Of a stretch of 64,000 nt of DNA, positions 16,666 through 26,867 are shown piece after piece (the stretch's first letter is position 1; the number at the start of each line of letters is the position of its first letter). The stretch lies in contig OZ245002.1 in assembly GCA_965223415.1 (NCBI GenBank), forward strand, positions 3,232,001 through 3,296,000, read 5' to 3'. Both the position numbers and the translations under genes were made by a program. The stretch comes from Myxococcota bacterium. GTDB taxonomy: Bacteria; Myxococcota_A; UBA9160; UBA6930. The notes beneath the pieces are model-generated. The model ran no database searches and was not told the origin of the DNA. It saw only the letters and a program-made list of their open reading frames with translations.

Positions 16666-18834
16666 CTAACGCCGCAGATCGACGAAGATGGGGGAGGACC
16701 AGGCGCGCTCCTGGACGTCCGCCAGGCAGTCGTCGCCGGCCGCTTCCGCGGCGCCGACGAAGCACGGCTCCACGGCCACAGCCCGCCCGGCCGCGTCGAA
16801 GCGGGTGCGGAGGTTGGCGCCGTTCAAGGCCGGCGTGGGCTCCTGGAGCGCGCGCACGTAGTAGACGGCATCGCGCTCGAAGCCGGGATCCTCGAACCCG
16901 ACCCGACAACCCTCCGGATCCGGCGGACACGGGAAGCTCCGCCAGGGATCCTCGATGAGCGGGGTCACGTCCTCGTCTTCCGAACGCTGCGGGCGCACGC
17001 GCACCACCTCGATGCGGTCGATCCGATGGCGACGGTCGCCCGGGTGGTAGCATTCGCCGAGGCAGAGCCGCTCGACCCGCTCGGCGGAGAGCGCACCCAC
17101 CGCGTCCTCCGGGCAGCCCGGCTTCTGCACGAAGCTCCCGACGGCGCGCACGCGGAAGCGCGGCGTTTCGCTCACCTCCACCTCGCTGCCCATGGGCATC
17201 GCCGCGCCAGCCCGGTCCATGAAGTCGAACCACAGAAGGATGCGCGGGCCGCTGGTGCCGTAGGTCTCGCGCCGTTCGAGGGCGTCCCAGATCGCCTCCC
17301 GGCTCCGCCCGCGCGCGTGGACCGCCACCAGTCCTCCCGGATACAGGAAGCTCGCCGACCGCTCGATCGTGAGGGCGGAGGCGGCGCCGCCGGTGGACGG
17401 CACCGGCTGCTGCGGATCGTCCGGGTCGCCGCGACGATCCAGGAGCCGCGCGTAGATGGCGTCTCGCGCACCGACCATGTCGGTGCGGCCACGCTTGCGT
17501 CCGGTCTGCTTGAAGCCGTTTCCGGGCCGTGCCGAGTGGTTGTCGCTCGAGGCCACGAAGCCCAGACGGAAGCGGCGGGCCTCGTCGTGCAAGGCGCCTT
17601 CCCGCGAGAGGCTGAGGGCGTACTGCACGCTGCCGAGCGGCCGCAGCCCGTAGGCGGGCTTGAAGCCGTTTCTCGCCTGTCCGCAGTCGAGCCAGTCCTC
17701 GGCGCCGGTGCCCGGAAAGACCCCGCCCGGCGCGGTGCCCGCCTCCATCGCGAGCCGGCGCGCCCGCGCGACGCGCGCCTCGCACTCCGCCTCGGGCAGG
17801 TCCCCACAGCGCTCGCGCATGATCTCGCCGGCGCGCCAGCAGCAGGGCAGGTAGTCCGGTGTGGGCCCGGGACAGACCGGCTCACCATTCGCGTCGAAGT
17901 CGTACTCGCGCCAGCTCGCGTAGCGCTCCGAGTTGCCGTGGCCGGACATCACCTCCACGAGTCGCTGCCACTTCGGATCGTGCATGCCCGGCGCGAGCTG
18001 CTTGTCCCAGGACGTGATCGGCGGCGTGTAACTGCCCCAGGCGTTGCCGTGGGGGATCACGAGGGCAGGCAGCCCCCACTCGTCGAGCTTGCGGAAGAGC
18101 ACGTCCGGCGTCGGCGCCTCCTCGACGCAATCGGCGGGTAGCTCCCGGGTGTCCACGTCTCGCTCGCAGCGCGGCACCTCCGCGAGCCGATCGACCATCC
18201 ACGTGAAGTCGGCATAATCCCGCCAGTGGAACGGGTCGAGCAGCCCCATGATGCGCATGCCGCCGGCCAGCTCGTGCCACGGATTCACGTTCTCGGCGCC
18301 GAGGGAGGTGATCGGTCGCAGCGGCACCTCGTCCTCGGCCAGGCCCTTGAAGATGACGTTCTTGTGACCGTAGTGGGTCTCCGCCGTGCGGCCGATCTGG
18401 GTCCATTCGAAGCCGTGGAAGGCCACCAGATCCGGGTCCGTCGGGTCGCCGGCCACGGCGTTGCACTGGCGGACCGTCTCCTTCTCCGCGGCCCAGTGGG
18501 CGGGCGTCAGCTCCATCGCGTGGTCGGTGATCGAGAAGAAGTCGAGCGCGGCGCAGTGGCGGGCGAAGTCGCAAGCGTCGGCGGGAGGGTGGGCGCCTTC
18601 CCCGCCCAGGATCGGCATGGCGGTGAAGAAGGCGTCCATGGAGTAGGTGGTATGGACGTGGAGGTCGCCAAACAGCACGTGCTTGCCGCCCTCCATGGCC
18701 GCCGGGGCGCGGAGGATCGGAGAGCGGCGAGCCTTGGACAGCTCGCCCAGAGGCTGCTCGCCGCCGCCACAACCGAGCGCGAGCGGGAGGAGCCAGATCA
18801 CCCGCGCTGGGCGGGTCGGGGACGGGATCTGCAT
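16666..18834 (-). CDS. DUF3604 (PHP-like metallo-hydrolase) lipoprotein
   Basis: LALGC lipobox; LFGDLHVHTTYSMDA, SITDHA, GFVASSDNHSARPG, RETYGTSGPRI, QERAWSSPIF. Confidence 0.85.
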   Translation of the reverse strand: MQIPSPTRPARVIWLLPLALGCGGGEQPLGELSKARRSPILRAPAAMEGGKHVLFGDLHVHTTYSMDAFFTAMPILGGEGAHPPADACDFARHCAALDFFSITDHAMELTPAHWAAEKETVRQCNAVAGDPTDPDLVAFHGFEWTQIGRTAETHYGHKNVIFKGLAEDEVPLRPITSLGAENVNPWHELAGGMRIMGLLDPFHWRDYADFTWMVDRLAEVPRCERDVDTRELPADCVEEAPTPDVLFRKLDEWGLPALVIPHGNAWGSYTPPITSWDKQLAPGMHDPKWQRLVEVMSGHGNSERYASWREYDFDANGEPVCPGPTPDYLPCCWRAGEIMRERCGDLPEAECEARVARARRLAMEAGTAPGGVFPGTGAEDWLDCGQARNGFKPAYGLRPLGSVQYALSLSREGALHDEARRFRLGFVASSDNHSARPGNGFKQTGRKRGRTDMVGARDAIYARLLDRRGDPDDPQQPVPSTGGAASALTIERSASFLYPGGLVAVHARGRSREAIWDALERRETYGTSGPRILLWFDFMDRAGAAMPMGSEVEVSETPRFRVRAVGSFVQKPGCPEDAVGALSAERVERLCLGECYHPGDRRHRIDRIEVVRVRPQRSEDEDVTPLIEDPWRSFPCPPDPEGCRVGFEDPGFERDAVYYVRALQEPTPALNGANLRTRFDAAGRAVAVEPCFVGAAEAAGDDCLADVQERAWSSPIFVDLRR

Positions 18835-18865
18835 GGTCCCATGCGAGCGCTTGGCGACGGCCGTG

Positions 18866-19327
18866 TCAACCGGCCCCCTCGCTCCGCAGCGCGCGCTGCA
18901 CCTGCTCGTCCAGTGCCGATGCGAAGCGGGAGCGGTCGCGATCCGAGAGGGGAGGGGGGCCGCCGGTCGGAACGCCCCCCTCGCGCAGCCGGGCCTTCAG
19001 GTCGCGGGTGGCGAGGGCGCCCCCGATCGAATCCTCGGTGAAGGGGCGGCCCGTCGGGCCCAGCACCGACGCGCCCCGCTCGATGCAGCGCGCCGCGAGG
19101 GGGACGTCGGCGGTGACGACCACGTCCCCCACCTGGACGTTCTCCACGATCCAGTCGTCCGCCGCGTCCGGTCCTTCCTCGACGAGGATGAGCTGGGCGC
19201 CGAGGTCCTCGGGCACGAAGATCCGGGAGTTCGAGACCACGGCGACCGCCAGCCCGTAGCGGGTGGCGACGACGTAGGTCTCGTCCTTGACCGGACAGGC
19301 GTCGGCGTCGAGGAAGATCGCGATCAG
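18866..19327 (-). CDS. YaiI/YqxD family protein (probable non-canonical start)
   Basis: The conserved N-terminus IFLDADACPVKDE lies upstream of the first GTG (19240); DAADDWIV and VVTADVPLAARC motifs follow. Confidence 0.85.
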   Translation of the reverse strand: MIAIFLDADACPVKDETYVVATRYGLAVAVVSNSRIFVPEDLGAQLILVEEGPDAADDWIVENVQVGDVVVTADVPLAARCIERGASVLGPTGRPFTEDSIGGALATRDLKARLREGGVPTGGPPPLSDRDRSRFASALDEQVQRALRSEGAG

Positions 19328-19334
19328 GGTGGGA

Positions 19335-19736
19335 TCAGCGGCTCTGGAGCGCGTCGCGGATCTCGCGCAGCAGCTGCACGTCCTCGGCCGGCTCCGACGG
19401 CGCCCCTTCCTCTTCTTCCTCCTCGGCGCGCATGGCGTTCACGGCCTTGACCAGCATGAACACCGCGAAGGCGACGATCAGGAAGTCGATGGCGGTCTGG
19501 ACGAAGGCGCCCCACTGGAGCGTCACGGCTTCGGCCTCGGCGGTCTTGTCCTGCAGCGTGAGTGTGAGGTCGCTGAAGTCGACGCCGCCGAGCAGCAGGC
19601 CGATCGGCGGCATCAGCACGCCGTCGACGAAGGACGAGACGATTTTGCCGAAGGCGCCGCCGATGATGATGCCGACGGCCATGTCGACGACGTTGCCGCG
19701 GGCGGCGAAGTCCTTGAACTCCTGGACCATGCTCAT
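19335..19736 (-). CDS. mscL: Large-conductance mechanosensitive channel
   Basis: [30 protein letters not shown]...LLREIRDAL. Confidence 0.97.
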   Translation of the reverse strand: MSMVQEFKDFAARGNVVDMAVGIIIGGAFGKIVSSFVDGVLMPPIGLLLGGVDFSDLTLTLQDKTAEAEAVTLQWGAFVQTAIDFLIVAFAVFMLVKAVNAMRAEEEEEEGAPSEPAEDVQLLREIRDALQSR

Positions 19737-19775
19737 CGGTCACCTCCTTGCCCGGCGGTCCGCCGCAGGGGCGTC

Positions 19776-19805
19776 ATCATACGCAGCGCCGGCGCACCCG
19801 GTCCA
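19776..19805 (-). promoter_or_regulatory. Sigma70-like promoter candidate of mscL
   Basis: TGGACC-N18-TATGAT upstream of SD AAGGAGGTGA. Confidence 0.5.
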
Positions 19806-19854
19806 TTCGTAACGCGGGGCTTCGGCGCGTAGGGGATCGGCCCCGTCCGGGCCT

Positions 19855-20904
19855 CTACCCGCCCAGAGCGAAGTGCTCGGGGCGTTCCCGGACCAGCGCT
19901 TCGGCGATCAGCTCGCCGAGGGCCTGGTAGAGCTCCGGCGAGAAGTGGCACGCGAAGTGATGGTCGACGGCCTCCGGGGTCGGGGCGATCTCCCGGAAGC
20001 GCGGGACCGGGTTCACGCAGATCCCGCCCTCCCGCTCGACCTCGGCGCAGACCTTCTCCATGAAGGGCCAGCCATGGGGCCCCTCGCCATCGAGAGCCCG
20101 CGGGTGGGGAAGATGGGCCAGCGCGAAGAGCCCCCCCCGCTCCCGCGTCTCGGCGGCCATCTCGCGCACGATCGCGAGGCTGAGCGCGTTGGAGCGCCGG
20201 CGGACCTCCTTCTTGCCCTCCCGGGAAGCGCGGAAGATGCGCACGAAGTTCCAGGCTCGGGGCGGCCACCAGCGCAGGTAGGCCTCCGGCGGCGGCACCG
20301 GCACGTTCTCCACGGCGAGGCGACCCTCTTCGAGCCGCAGCCGGGGCTTCGCGTAGCCGCGGAAGGCCAGCAGATTTCGCCTCATGTCGGTGCCGTGGAA
20401 GCCGAAGACGACGGCGTCGGGCCGGTAGGGAAAGCCGTCCCGGCGCAGGCGAAGCAGGGCCTGGCCCTGGCCGTAGCCCATCACGCCCAGGTTCAGGACC
20501 TCGGCGTCGGCCAGGTGGCGCTCCATCGCGAACGGAAAGGTCTCGTCGTCATTCGCGCACTGACCGAAGGTGTAGGAATCGCCGACCGCCACGATCCGGG
20601 CGGCGGCACTCCGCTCGGCCGGGATCTCCCTTCGCCCGCGCATGTGGGCGCCGTTCGTGCTGATCCGTGCGCCCTGGTACTCGAAGGCGTCCAGGTGGGC
20701 GGCGGGCACATGGCCCAGGTCCGCGTCCAGCTCGACGAAGGCTCGGGGGTTCATTCCCTCCCGCTCCCGGTGCCAGCGCTCTTCCCACCAGGCATCGGTC
20801 GAGACGTGATCCGGCAGCGGGATCCACTCGAGGCGCGCCGCCACCTCCACCGCCCCGAGGCTGGCGAGGGTCGAGAGGAGAAGGGCGGCCAGATTGCGCA
20901 GCAT
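19855..20904 (-). CDS. SGNH/GDSL hydrolase family membrane-anchored protein
   Basis: N-terminal TM; VAVGDSYTFG, VLNLGVMGYG and C-terminal CHFSP. Confidence 0.75.
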   Translation of the reverse strand: MLRNLAALLLSTLASLGAVEVAARLEWIPLPDHVSTDAWWEERWHREREGMNPRAFVELDADLGHVPAAHLDAFEYQGARISTNGAHMRGRREIPAERSAAARIVAVGDSYTFGQCANDDETFPFAMERHLADAEVLNLGVMGYGQGQALLRLRRDGFPYRPDAVVFGFHGTDMRRNLLAFRGYAKPRLRLEEGRLAVENVPVPPPEAYLRWWPPRAWNFVRIFRASREGKKEVRRRSNALSLAIVREMAAETRERGGLFALAHLPHPRALDGEGPHGWPFMEKVCAEVEREGGICVNPVPRFREIAPTPEAVDHHFACHFSPELYQALGELIAEALVRERPEHFALGG

Positions 20905-20992
20905 GGCCGCGGGATCCTAGCGGCCTCGCCGCGGCCCACCGGGCCCTTCCCGCAGGCCCGCATCAGTGTGACAATGTCCCAGAGGAGACCCC

Positions 20993-22414
20993 ATGGCGCT
21001 CCATGACCGCCTGCTCCGTGAGGTGCGCAAGGCGCCTTCCGGCCCCAAGATCGGCGCCTTCTTCGACGTGGACCGGACCCTGGTGGCCGGATTCTCCGCG
21101 ACGGCCTTCTTCCGCGAGCGGCTGCTCTCCGGGCGCATGACGCCGAAGGAGCTGGTCGACACCCTGCGCGGGACCACCGGCTACGTGATGGGGCGCACCG
21201 GCTTCTCCGGCCTGGTGGGCGCCTCCACCGCCGCCTATCGCGGACTCTCCGAGAAGTCGATGCAGGAGATCGGCCAGGAGGTCTTCGACAAGCACCTGGC
21301 CACGTCGATCTATCCGGAATCCCGCGCCCTGGTGCGCGCCCACCAGGAGAAGGGGCACACCGTCGCGATCATCTCCTCGGCCACGCCCTACCAGGTGGAC
21401 CCGATCGCCCGGGAGCTCGGCGTCGAGCACGTGATGTGCACTCGGCTCGAGGTGGAGGACGGCGTCTTCACCGGTGAGGTGGTGCGGCCGCTCTGCTTCG
21501 GCGAGGGCAAGCGCGAGGCCGGCGAGATCCTGGCAGCCCGCCACGATCTCGACCTCGAAGAGAGCTTCTTCTACACCGACAGCAGCGACGACTTGCCTCT
21601 CCTCGAGGCCGTCGGCAAGCCGTGCCCCCTCAACCCGGACAGCCAGCTTGCCCAGATCGCCAAGGAGCGCGGCTGGCCGGTGCGTCGCTTCCGCAGCCGG
21701 GGGGCGCCGGGAGCGGAGGAGGTCGCGCGCACGGCCCTGGCCTACGGGAGCCTCGTTCCCTCGGTGGCGATCGGCGCCGCCGTCGGCTTCCTCAACCGCT
21801 CGCGGCGCGAGGCGCTGAACGTGGCCGGCTCCCTGTGGAGCGATCTCGCCATGTCGCTCTCCGGTGTCGACGTGCGGGTCGAGGGCGAGGAGCACCTGTG
21901 GTCCCATCGCCCGGCCGTCTTCATCTTCAATCACCAGAGTGCCCTCGACGCGGCGCTCATGGTCAAGCTCGTGCGGCGGGATCTCTCCGGCGTGGGCAAG
22001 AAGGAGCTGCAGAAGGACCCGGTCGTCGGCACGATCGGGCGCCTGGCGGGCACCGTGTTCGTCGACCGGGCGAACCGGGCCCAGGCCATCGAGGCGCTCA
22101 AGCCGGCGGTGGAGGCGTTGAAGGAGGGGCGCTCCATCATGATCGCACCCGAGGGCACCCGCTCGCCCACGCCACGGCTGGGGCGCTTCAAGAAGGGCGC
22201 CTTCCACATGGCCATGCAGGCCGGCGTCCCGATCGTGCCCGTCGTCTTCCGCAACGCCCTCGATGCCCTGCCCAAGGATGCGATGGTGATGCGGCCGGCG
22301 GTGGTCGAGGCGGTGGTCCTGCCGCCGGTCGACACCACGGCCTGGACCCGTGAGACCCTGGACGACGAGATCGAGGCGATCCGCAACGCCTACCTCGACG
22401 TGCTCGAGAGCTGA
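20993..22414 (+). CDS. HAD-IB phosphatase / lysophospholipid acyltransferase fusion
   Basis: AFFDVDRTL and YTDSSDDLPLL (HAD-IB) plus FNHQSALD and APEGTRS (PlsC). Confidence 0.9.
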   Translation: MALHDRLLREVRKAPSGPKIGAFFDVDRTLVAGFSATAFFRERLLSGRMTPKELVDTLRGTTGYVMGRTGFSGLVGASTAAYRGLSEKSMQEIGQEVFDKHLATSIYPESRALVRAHQEKGHTVAIISSATPYQVDPIARELGVEHVMCTRLEVEDGVFTGEVVRPLCFGEGKREAGEILAARHDLDLEESFFYTDSSDDLPLLEAVGKPCPLNPDSQLAQIAKERGWPVRRFRSRGAPGAEEVARTALAYGSLVPSVAIGAAVGFLNRSRREALNVAGSLWSDLAMSLSGVDVRVEGEEHLWSHRPAVFIFNHQSALDAALMVKLVRRDLSGVGKKELQKDPVVGTIGRLAGTVFVDRANRAQAIEALKPAVEALKEGRSIMIAPEGTRSPTPRLGRFKKGAFHMAMQAGVPIVPVVFRNALDALPKDAMVMRPAVVEAVVLPPVDTTAWTRETLDDEIEAIRNAYLDVLES

Positions 22415-22435
22415 AGAAAGGAAGGGAGGGGAGGC

Positions 22436-23440
22436 ATGCGGCTTCGCGTGGCCGTGCTCGGCTCGGGCTCCTTCGGGACGACGATCGCCCACCTGGTGGC
22501 CGGAAACGCGCCCGCAACCCTCTGGTGTCGCCGCGCCGAGACCGCGGACGAGGTGAACCAGGAGCATCGCAACGGGCGCTACCTCGCGGACTACGCCCTG
22601 CACCCGGACCTCCGCGCGACGGCCGATCTCGAGGAGGCGGTCCGGGAGGCGGACGTGGTGGTGATGGGCGTGCCCTCCCACGGCTTCCGCGAGGTGCTGA
22701 AGGAGGTCGGCAAGCACATCCGGCCCTGGGTGCCGGTGGTCAGCCTGGCGAAGGGCCTCGAACAGGATTCCCACCTCCGGATGACCGAGGTGATCCGCGA
22801 GCTCCTGCCGGAGCACCGTGCCGGCGTCCTTACCGGCCCCAACCTCGCCAAGGAGATCATGGCCGGCTTCGCCGCGGCCAGCGTGGTCGCCTTCGAGGAC
22901 GCCGACGTCGCGCGGCAGCTCCAGGACGTGTTCCACAGCGGCGGCTTCCGCGTCTACACGAACCACGACGTGGTGGGCTGCGAGCTCGGCGGCGCGCTCA
23001 AGAACGTGATCGCCATCGCGACGGGCATGGGCGATGGGCTCGGCGTCGGCGACAACACCCGCGCCGCGGTGCTCACCCGCGGCCTCGCCGAGCTGACCCG
23101 GCTCGGCGTCGCGATGGGCGGCGAGCACGCCACCTTCGCGGGGCTGGCGGGCATGGGCGATCTGATCGCCACCTGTGCCAGCCGCCAGAGCCGCAACCGT
23201 CACGTCGGCGAGGAGCTCGGCCGTGGCAAGACCATCGAGCAGGTGACCCGCGAGATGAACCAGGTGGCCGAGGGCGTGAAGACCAGCCGCGTGGTGATGG
23301 ACCTCGGCGAGAAGTACGGCGTGCTGCTGCCGATCTCGCGAGAGGTCTACGGCGTGGTCCACGAAGGCCGCACCGCCCAGGACGCCTACCGGGGCCTGAT
23401 GCGACGGCGTCCGCCGGGCGCCGAGGGGGATCCGGGGTAG
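22436..23440 (+). CDS. gpsA: NAD(P)H-dependent glycerol-3-phosphate dehydrogenase
   Basis: LGSGSFGT, SLAKGLE, GGALKNVIAIA, GMGDLIATC..SRN, VAEGV. Confidence 0.95.
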   Translation: MRLRVAVLGSGSFGTTIAHLVAGNAPATLWCRRAETADEVNQEHRNGRYLADYALHPDLRATADLEEAVREADVVVMGVPSHGFREVLKEVGKHIRPWVPVVSLAKGLEQDSHLRMTEVIRELLPEHRAGVLTGPNLAKEIMAGFAAASVVAFEDADVARQLQDVFHSGGFRVYTNHDVVGCELGGALKNVIAIATGMGDGLGVGDNTRAAVLTRGLAELTRLGVAMGGEHATFAGLAGMGDLIATCASRQSRNRHVGEELGRGKTIEQVTREMNQVAEGVKTSRVVMDLGEKYGVLLPISREVYGVVHEGRTAQDAYRGLMRRRPPGAEGDPG

Positions 23441-23507
23441 GCGGGGCGTTCCTCGTGTATGCTCGCCGGTCGCCTGGCACCTCCCTGCCGCCGAACGGAG
23501 CGCCCCC

Positions 23508-25214
23508 ATGGATCCCGCCCTCGAGAACGCCTGGAAGCAGCTGACCGCGCCCGGCGCGCCCTTCGCCTGGTCCGTCCAGGAGATCCGTGGCGTGCCCACC
23601 CGGACCTACGATGCCGCGCCGCCGACCCTGCGCGCGATCTGGGAGGCGTCGGCAGGCCACGGCGATGCGGACTACCTGATCTTCGGAGAGGAGCGCATCA
23701 CCTACGCCGACGCCCATCGCAAGGTGGCGTCGCTGGCGGCCTACCTGGCGAGCCGGGGCGTCGGCAAGGGCGACCGGGTGGCGATCGCCATGCGCAACTA
23801 CCCCGAGTGGGCGCTCTCCTACTGGGCCATCGTCTCCCTGGGCGCTGCCGTGGTGGGCATGAACGCCTGGTGGACCGGGCCCGAGATGGAGTACGGGCTG
23901 CTGGACTCGGCGCCCAAGCTGCTGATCGCCGACGAGCAGCGCCTGGAAACCGTGGCTCCCCACCTGCCGGCCGTCCGCGAGAAGGGGCCCCTCGAGCTGG
24001 TAGCGGTTCGCAGCGCCGATCCCGCTGCCCTCGGCGCGGTCGATTGGGACGAGGCCCTGGCCGCGCCCGCCGAGGGCCTGCCGGCGGTGGCGCTCGAGCC
24101 CGAGGACGACGTGTGCATCTTCTACACCTCGGGGACGACCGGCTTCCCGAAGGGCGCCGCGATGACCCACCGGGGCGCGGTGAGCAACCTGCTCAACCTG
24201 GCGTTCTGGGGAACGGCCGTCGGTCTGGCCAAGCCGAGCAAGAGGGCGGAGGACGCTCCCGCGCCGGAGCGGGCGAAGCGCCAGGCGACCACGCTGCTGG
24301 CCGTTCCCTTCTTCCACGTGACCGGCTGCAACTGCTGCCTGCATCCCGTGACGGCCACCGGCGGCCGGATCCTGCTCTTGTACAAGTGGAACGCTGACGA
24401 GGCCCTGGAGATCATCGAGCGCGAGAAGGTCGACACCTTCACCGGCGTCCCGATGATGTCCCGGGAGCTGGTCGAGCACCCGGACTTCGCCGGGCGGGAC
24501 ACGTCGAGCCTGGCTTCGCTCGGAGGTGGCGGCGCGGCGGTGCAGCCGGATCTGGTCGATCAGATCGAGAGCAAGCTCGAGCGCGGCCGGCCTGGCACCG
24601 GCTACGGCCTCACCGAGACCTGTGGCGTCATCTCGATGAACTCCGGCGACTTCTTCGTCGGCAAGCCCGACACCGTCGGGCCACCGCTGCCGGTGGTGGA
24701 GGCGAAGGTCGTCGACGAGCGCGGCCGCGAGCTACCGAGCGGAGAGGTCGGCGAGCTCCTGGTGCGCGGGCCGAACAACGTGCGGGGCTACTTGAACAGA
24801 CCCGAGGCCACCGCCGAGGCGTTCCCCGAAGGCTGGTTCCGCACCGGCGACCTGGCGGCCCTCGACGGCGACGGCTTCATCTCGATCCGCGACCGCGCCA
24901 AGGACATGGTGCTGCGCGGCGGCGAGAACATCTACTGCGCCGAGGTGGAGGCCGCTCTCTTCGACCACCCGGCCGTGAAGGAGTGCGCCGTCTTCGCCGT
25001 CCCCGACCGGCGCTTCGGCGAAGTGCCCGGGGCCGCCGTCGTCTGCCACCCCGGCGCCAGCGTCACCGAAGACGAGCTCCGCGCCCACGCCGGCGACCGC
25101 ATCGCCGGCTTCAAGGTACCCGCCCGCTTCTGGTTCCTGGACGAGGACCTCCCGCGCAACGCCAACGGCAAGTTCGTGAAGCGCACCCTCAAGGACCAGC
25201 TCCTCGGAGAGTGA
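23508..25214 (+). CDS. Long-chain acyl-CoA synthetase (class I adenylate-forming)
   Basis: YTSGTTGFPKG, GYGLTET, WFRTGD, RGGENIY, NANGK. Confidence 0.92.
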   Translation: MDPALENAWKQLTAPGAPFAWSVQEIRGVPTRTYDAAPPTLRAIWEASAGHGDADYLIFGEERITYADAHRKVASLAAYLASRGVGKGDRVAIAMRNYPEWALSYWAIVSLGAAVVGMNAWWTGPEMEYGLLDSAPKLLIADEQRLETVAPHLPAVREKGPLELVAVRSADPAALGAVDWDEALAAPAEGLPAVALEPEDDVCIFYTSGTTGFPKGAAMTHRGAVSNLLNLAFWGTAVGLAKPSKRAEDAPAPERAKRQATTLLAVPFFHVTGCNCCLHPVTATGGRILLLYKWNADEALEIIEREKVDTFTGVPMMSRELVEHPDFAGRDTSSLASLGGGGAAVQPDLVDQIESKLERGRPGTGYGLTETCGVISMNSGDFFVGKPDTVGPPLPVVEAKVVDERGRELPSGEVGELLVRGPNNVRGYLNRPEATAEAFPEGWFRTGDLAALDGDGFISIRDRAKDMVLRGGENIYCAEVEAALFDHPAVKECAVFAVPDRRFGEVPGAAVVCHPGASVTEDELRAHAGDRIAGFKVPARFWFLDEDLPRNANGKFVKRTLKDQLLGE

Positions 25215-25246
25215 CCGCATCGTGCCCAAGGTCCGGGATCCCCTAG

Positions 25247-26516
25247 CAGGCTGCTGAAATTCGGCGCTGAGAGGCGCCAGAACGCCAGAGGGCGCGGGTC
25301 CCCGCGGCCCGCTCGGCTCGCTCTTCGATCCCGGAAGTGATCCGGGGTACCTCGTCTCGATGCAGGTGCGTCATGTGACCTCTACGAGGTTGCGTATGCG
25401 GACCAGGTTGTAGACCGCCGCCGTGAAGACGAACATCCACCCGACCCGATCCGTGCCCCGGTGACGCGTCTTTCGCATTCCCCCGACCGTCTTCATCCAA
25501 CCGAAGCACTCCTCGATCCGCTTGCGTTTGTGCTGGCTGATCGCGTAGCCCTCGTGACGGACCGTGCGACCGTCGATCCGGCTGGCCCGATTCGTCGTGT
25601 GCTGCGCCACGTGCGGCGTGATGTTGCGCTTCCGGCAGCCCGCCACGAACTCCTCGGTGTCGTAGCCCTTGTCCCCGCCCAGCGTGATCCGGCGCCTTCC
25701 CGCCACGTCCTCCGCCATCTCCAGCGCTGCCAGCCGCTCGGCGTAGCCATCGGCCTCCGTCAGCAGCGCCGAGACGATCAGGCCGTTGCGGTTCTCCGTC
25801 AGCAGATGGCCCATGTAGGCCAGCTGCGAGGTCTGGCCCTTCTTGCGCGCCAGCCGCGCCTCGGGATCCGTCGTCGATTCGTGCGTCGCGTTGCTCCGCC
25901 GCTCTCCCCGAAAGTTCACCGTCGGGTTGCCCGGATCGTCGTCTCCGTCGTCCCCCGAGCCGTCCTTCGCCCGGAAGCTCTTCTGGCTCGCCCACGCCTC
26001 GATCAGCGTGCCATCCACCGTGAAGTGCTCCGACGACAGAAGGCCGTGGTCCTTTCCCTGCGCCAGCACCGCCTCAAAGAACGCCTCCGCCACGTCCCCT
26101 TCCAGCAGCCGGTCCCGGTTCTTCGTGAAGACCGTCGGGACCCAGACCGCATCCTCCATCCCCAGCCCTACGAACCAACGGAACAGCAGGTTGTACTCGA
26201 GCTGCTCCATCAGCTGGCGCTCACTCCGGATCGAGTAGAGCACCTGCAGCAACAGAGCCCGCAGCAGCCGCTCCGGTGGGATCGACGGCCGGCCCGTCGA
26301 CGCGTAGAGCTCCGAGAACCGCCGAGACAGGCCCCTCAGCGCCTCGTCCACCATCGCCCGCATGGGGCGAAGCGGATGATCCTCCGGAATCCGCGTCTCC
26401 AGCGAGACGTAGCTGAACATCGAACCCTGCTCTCGGTCGCTGCCGCGCATCCTCTCTCCCCCCGACCCATCTTCTACCATCGAGAACACGGAAACGCAGG
26501 GTTTTTCAGCAGCCTG
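25247..26516 (-). mobile_element. IS5-family insertion sequence (1270 bp), CTAG target duplication
   Basis: Terminal IRs CAGGCTGCTGAAA / TTTCAGCAGCCTG; CTAG at 25243-25246 and 26517-26520. Confidence 0.92.
25371..26450 (-). CDS. IS5-family DDE transposase
   Basis: MRGSD...DHPLR, GRPSIPPE, HFTVDGTLIEAWAS, LGGDKGYD, RKRIEECFGW. Confidence 0.93.
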   Translation of the reverse strand: MRGSDREQGSMFSYVSLETRIPEDHPLRPMRAMVDEALRGLSRRFSELYASTGRPSIPPERLLRALLLQVLYSIRSERQLMEQLEYNLLFRWFVGLGMEDAVWVPTVFTKNRDRLLEGDVAEAFFEAVLAQGKDHGLLSSEHFTVDGTLIEAWASQKSFRAKDGSGDDGDDDPGNPTVNFRGERRSNATHESTTDPEARLARKKGQTSQLAYMGHLLTENRNGLIVSALLTEADGYAERLAALEMAEDVAGRRRITLGGDKGYDTEEFVAGCRKRNITPHVAQHTTNRASRIDGRTVRHEGYAISQHKRKRIEECFGWMKTVGGMRKTRHRGTDRVGWMFVFTAAVYNLVRIRNLVEVT

Positions 26517-26867
26517 CTAGGCAAGCTGCGCAAGATCGTGAGCCGGTGGCCGGAGGTCACCGAGAAGCTCTCCCATGGGGCGCCGACCTTCTGGGGCGGC
26601 AAGAAGACCTTCTGCAACTTCCACGTCGACCATCACGGCGACGGGCGCGTCGCGATCTGGGTGAAGTCGGACCGGGGCACCCAGGAGGGCCTCGTGGAGG
26701 CCAAACCCGAGATCTTCTTCGTCCCGCCCTACGTCGGCCCGAGTGGCTGGGTCGGCATCCGCGTCGACGTCGACGTGGACTGGGGGATGATCGAGGCGAT
26801 CCTCGAGCACGCCTACCGGAGCGTCGCGCCGAAGCGCGCGCGGAAGCTCCTCGACGGGGAGTGAAGA

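Larger units (their letters stand above)
25222..26864 (+). pseudogene. MmcQ/YjbR family protein interrupted by an IS5-family element at codon 8
   Basis: Removing 25247-26520 restores MPKVRDPLGKLRKIVSRWPEVTEKLSHGAPTF...DHHGDGRVAIW...FFVPPYVGPSGWVG...AYRSVAPK. Confidence 0.85.

Noticed and set aside
23443..23453. GGGGCGTTCCT resembling the REP core
   Set aside because: Lacks one core base and has no closing stem or partner copy.
25461..26864. 467-aa plus-strand ORF
   Set aside because: Chance fusion of the transposase antisense frame with the 3' part of the interrupted MmcQ/YjbR gene.
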